Assembly (NCBI GenBank): GCA_040954595.2 | Contig: CM082577.2 | Span: 20,496,303-20,560,302 of the forward strand | Length of the DNA: 64,000 nucleotides | DNA from: Balanoglossus misakiensis | Lineage: Eukaryota > Animalia > Hemichordata | Reading direction: 5' to 3' | In this document: one piece after another, positions 62,880-64,000 of the stretch | Numbering within the stretch: position 1 is the stretch's first letter | How the letters are laid out: the number at the start of each line of letters is the position of its first letter | Translations under genes and position numbers: made by a program | The notes under the pieces: generated by a model | The model's database searches: none | Told to the model about the DNA's origin: nothing | The model's input: only the letters and a program-made list of their open reading frames with translations

Positions 62880-63772
62880 GTTTATTCCCCTTATTCTGGT
62901 ACAAATAAACAAAATTAACAAAGGAGTGAAGAATACAATGGGTATAAGAGGGGACTAGAAAATAGTGTAACACTAGTCGAGTCCAGTCCCCAATATAACA
63001 TACAATTGCAGAATTTAATACAGGGCGATACTAATGCGAGTTTGTACATGAAAAACCAAATTCAGTTTGTTTTCCTTCTGAAAATACAGCAGTCAAGTGG
63101 ATAAATAATACTTTTTCAATTCTTTTTTTAAGCATGACTTTGATGAGACAGATTTGATATGTTGCGGAAGTTGATTCCATATTTGAGCACCATAGTATTT
63201 CACTGTATGTTGACCCACATTTGTGGCGTATTTGGGAACCAGAAGATTCCCTTTTTCTTTTGACCTTGTTGGATAAATGTGTTCAATATTAACGAAGTAC
63301 TGTGGAATTGTTAGTGGGAAGTTTTCATGAATACAATCGTAAACAAATAGTGCTACTTGATACTCATGTTGCCTATATATATCAAATATTCCCAACCTAT
63401 TAAATAATGGAGGTGTGTGTTCGAGTCTCTCCGAGTGTGTGAGTGTACGTATTACCCGTTTTTTAAGTAAGATGTATTGGCTTCAAATGGGATTTTTAAG
63501 CATTTCCCCAAACTTCTAAAGCATACAATATATGAGGCAAGACGAAACAGTTGTAAAGTAATAACAAGATAATTTTGGGAACAATGTATTTCATGGTGTA
63601 AAGTATGCCTGCCTTTTGGCTAACCGTTCTATTGATTTTAGCTATATGTTCTTTCCAGGTAAGCCTATTATCCAGGACAGTCCCAATGTACGTCGTGGAT
63701 TGTACTTCAACAATAAGCTCTTCCTTTATGTAAAGTGATCCCCTGGATGACTGGAGTATTTTTATCCCGAAA
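62821..63772 (-). mobile_element. 3' remnant of a CR1-group (L2/Crack/Daphne-like) LINE with a (TTA)n tail
   Basis: YIGTVLDNRLTWKEHI, LYNCFVLPHILYALEVWG and GAQIWNQLPQHIK...LKKELK are typical post-RT segments; AATAAAC followed by (TTA)n on the minus strand; broken reading frame. Confidence 0.8.
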
Positions 63773-63843
63773 AAATTGTCCAAATAGCACTTATAAGGCA
63801 AGTGAGATGAAAAAAATATGGTTTGTTTTGTTCTGCAAAAAGT

Positions 63844-64000
63844 GGACTCAATACTTAAGCCTTTGGATATACTGGTGCTGGTATTTGGACAAACTTCCAA
63901 GGTATTTTGGAGATTTGTTGAGTTTTCAAATCTTCCTTTTTTGCCACGTCACCCGGCAGGGCGTCGCCAATATGGCTGCCCTGCCTGGCTCGCCAGGTGC
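63844..64000 (+). mobile_element. 5' UTR and ORF1 start (ATG at 63972, MAALPGSPGA, type 2) of a fifth Tx1 copy (E), opposite orientation, runs off the window
   Basis: Matches the reverse complement of copy B at ~41184-41350. Confidence 0.9.

Noticed and set aside
51835-62958. Recurrent short ORFs in the 1.6-kb units and poly-N/poly-Y ORFs
   Set aside because: They are frameshifted between units, lack recognisable domains, or are translations of (AAT)n.

Overview
Eukaryotic (animal) repetitive DNA covering the end of a 5S rDNA tandem array. 1-29006 is a homogeneous array of ~378-bp units, each with a 120-nt 5S rRNA gene on the minus strand (76 complete genes plus one interrupted). From 29007 to ~50961 the array is interrupted by four copies (A-D) of an L1/Tx1-clade non-LTR retrotransposon. 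Every visible 3' junction lies at the same point inside the 5S gene (poly(A) joined to 5S nt 25-27), in the same orientation as the gene, i.e. a 5S-specific, Mutsu-like element. Copy C (42931-48628) is full length, with intact ORF1 (3x CCHC), intact ORF2 (APE endonuclease-RT-CCHC, 1305 aa) and a 21-bp TSD. Copies A and B are decayed, fused head to tail, and carry a solo LTR and a Kolobok-type TTAA MITE respectively. Copy D is a 3' fragment that ends the array. The most unusual observation is that the element's first ~50 nt are an imperfect antisense copy of its own 5S target site. It also has a structured 5' UTR that buries the ORF1 AUG in a hairpin, and two very different ORF1 types sit on near-identical ORF2s. 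51-62.8 kb holds (AAT)n-associated inverted-repeat elements, including six tandem ~1.5-1.6-kb units with nested TIR elements. The window ends with a CR1-group LINE remnant and an inverted, rearranged 5' end of a fifth Tx1 copy. No host protein-coding gene was seen. From memory only, the 5S sequence resembles invertebrate deuterostome (hemichordate-like) 5S; this is unverified.
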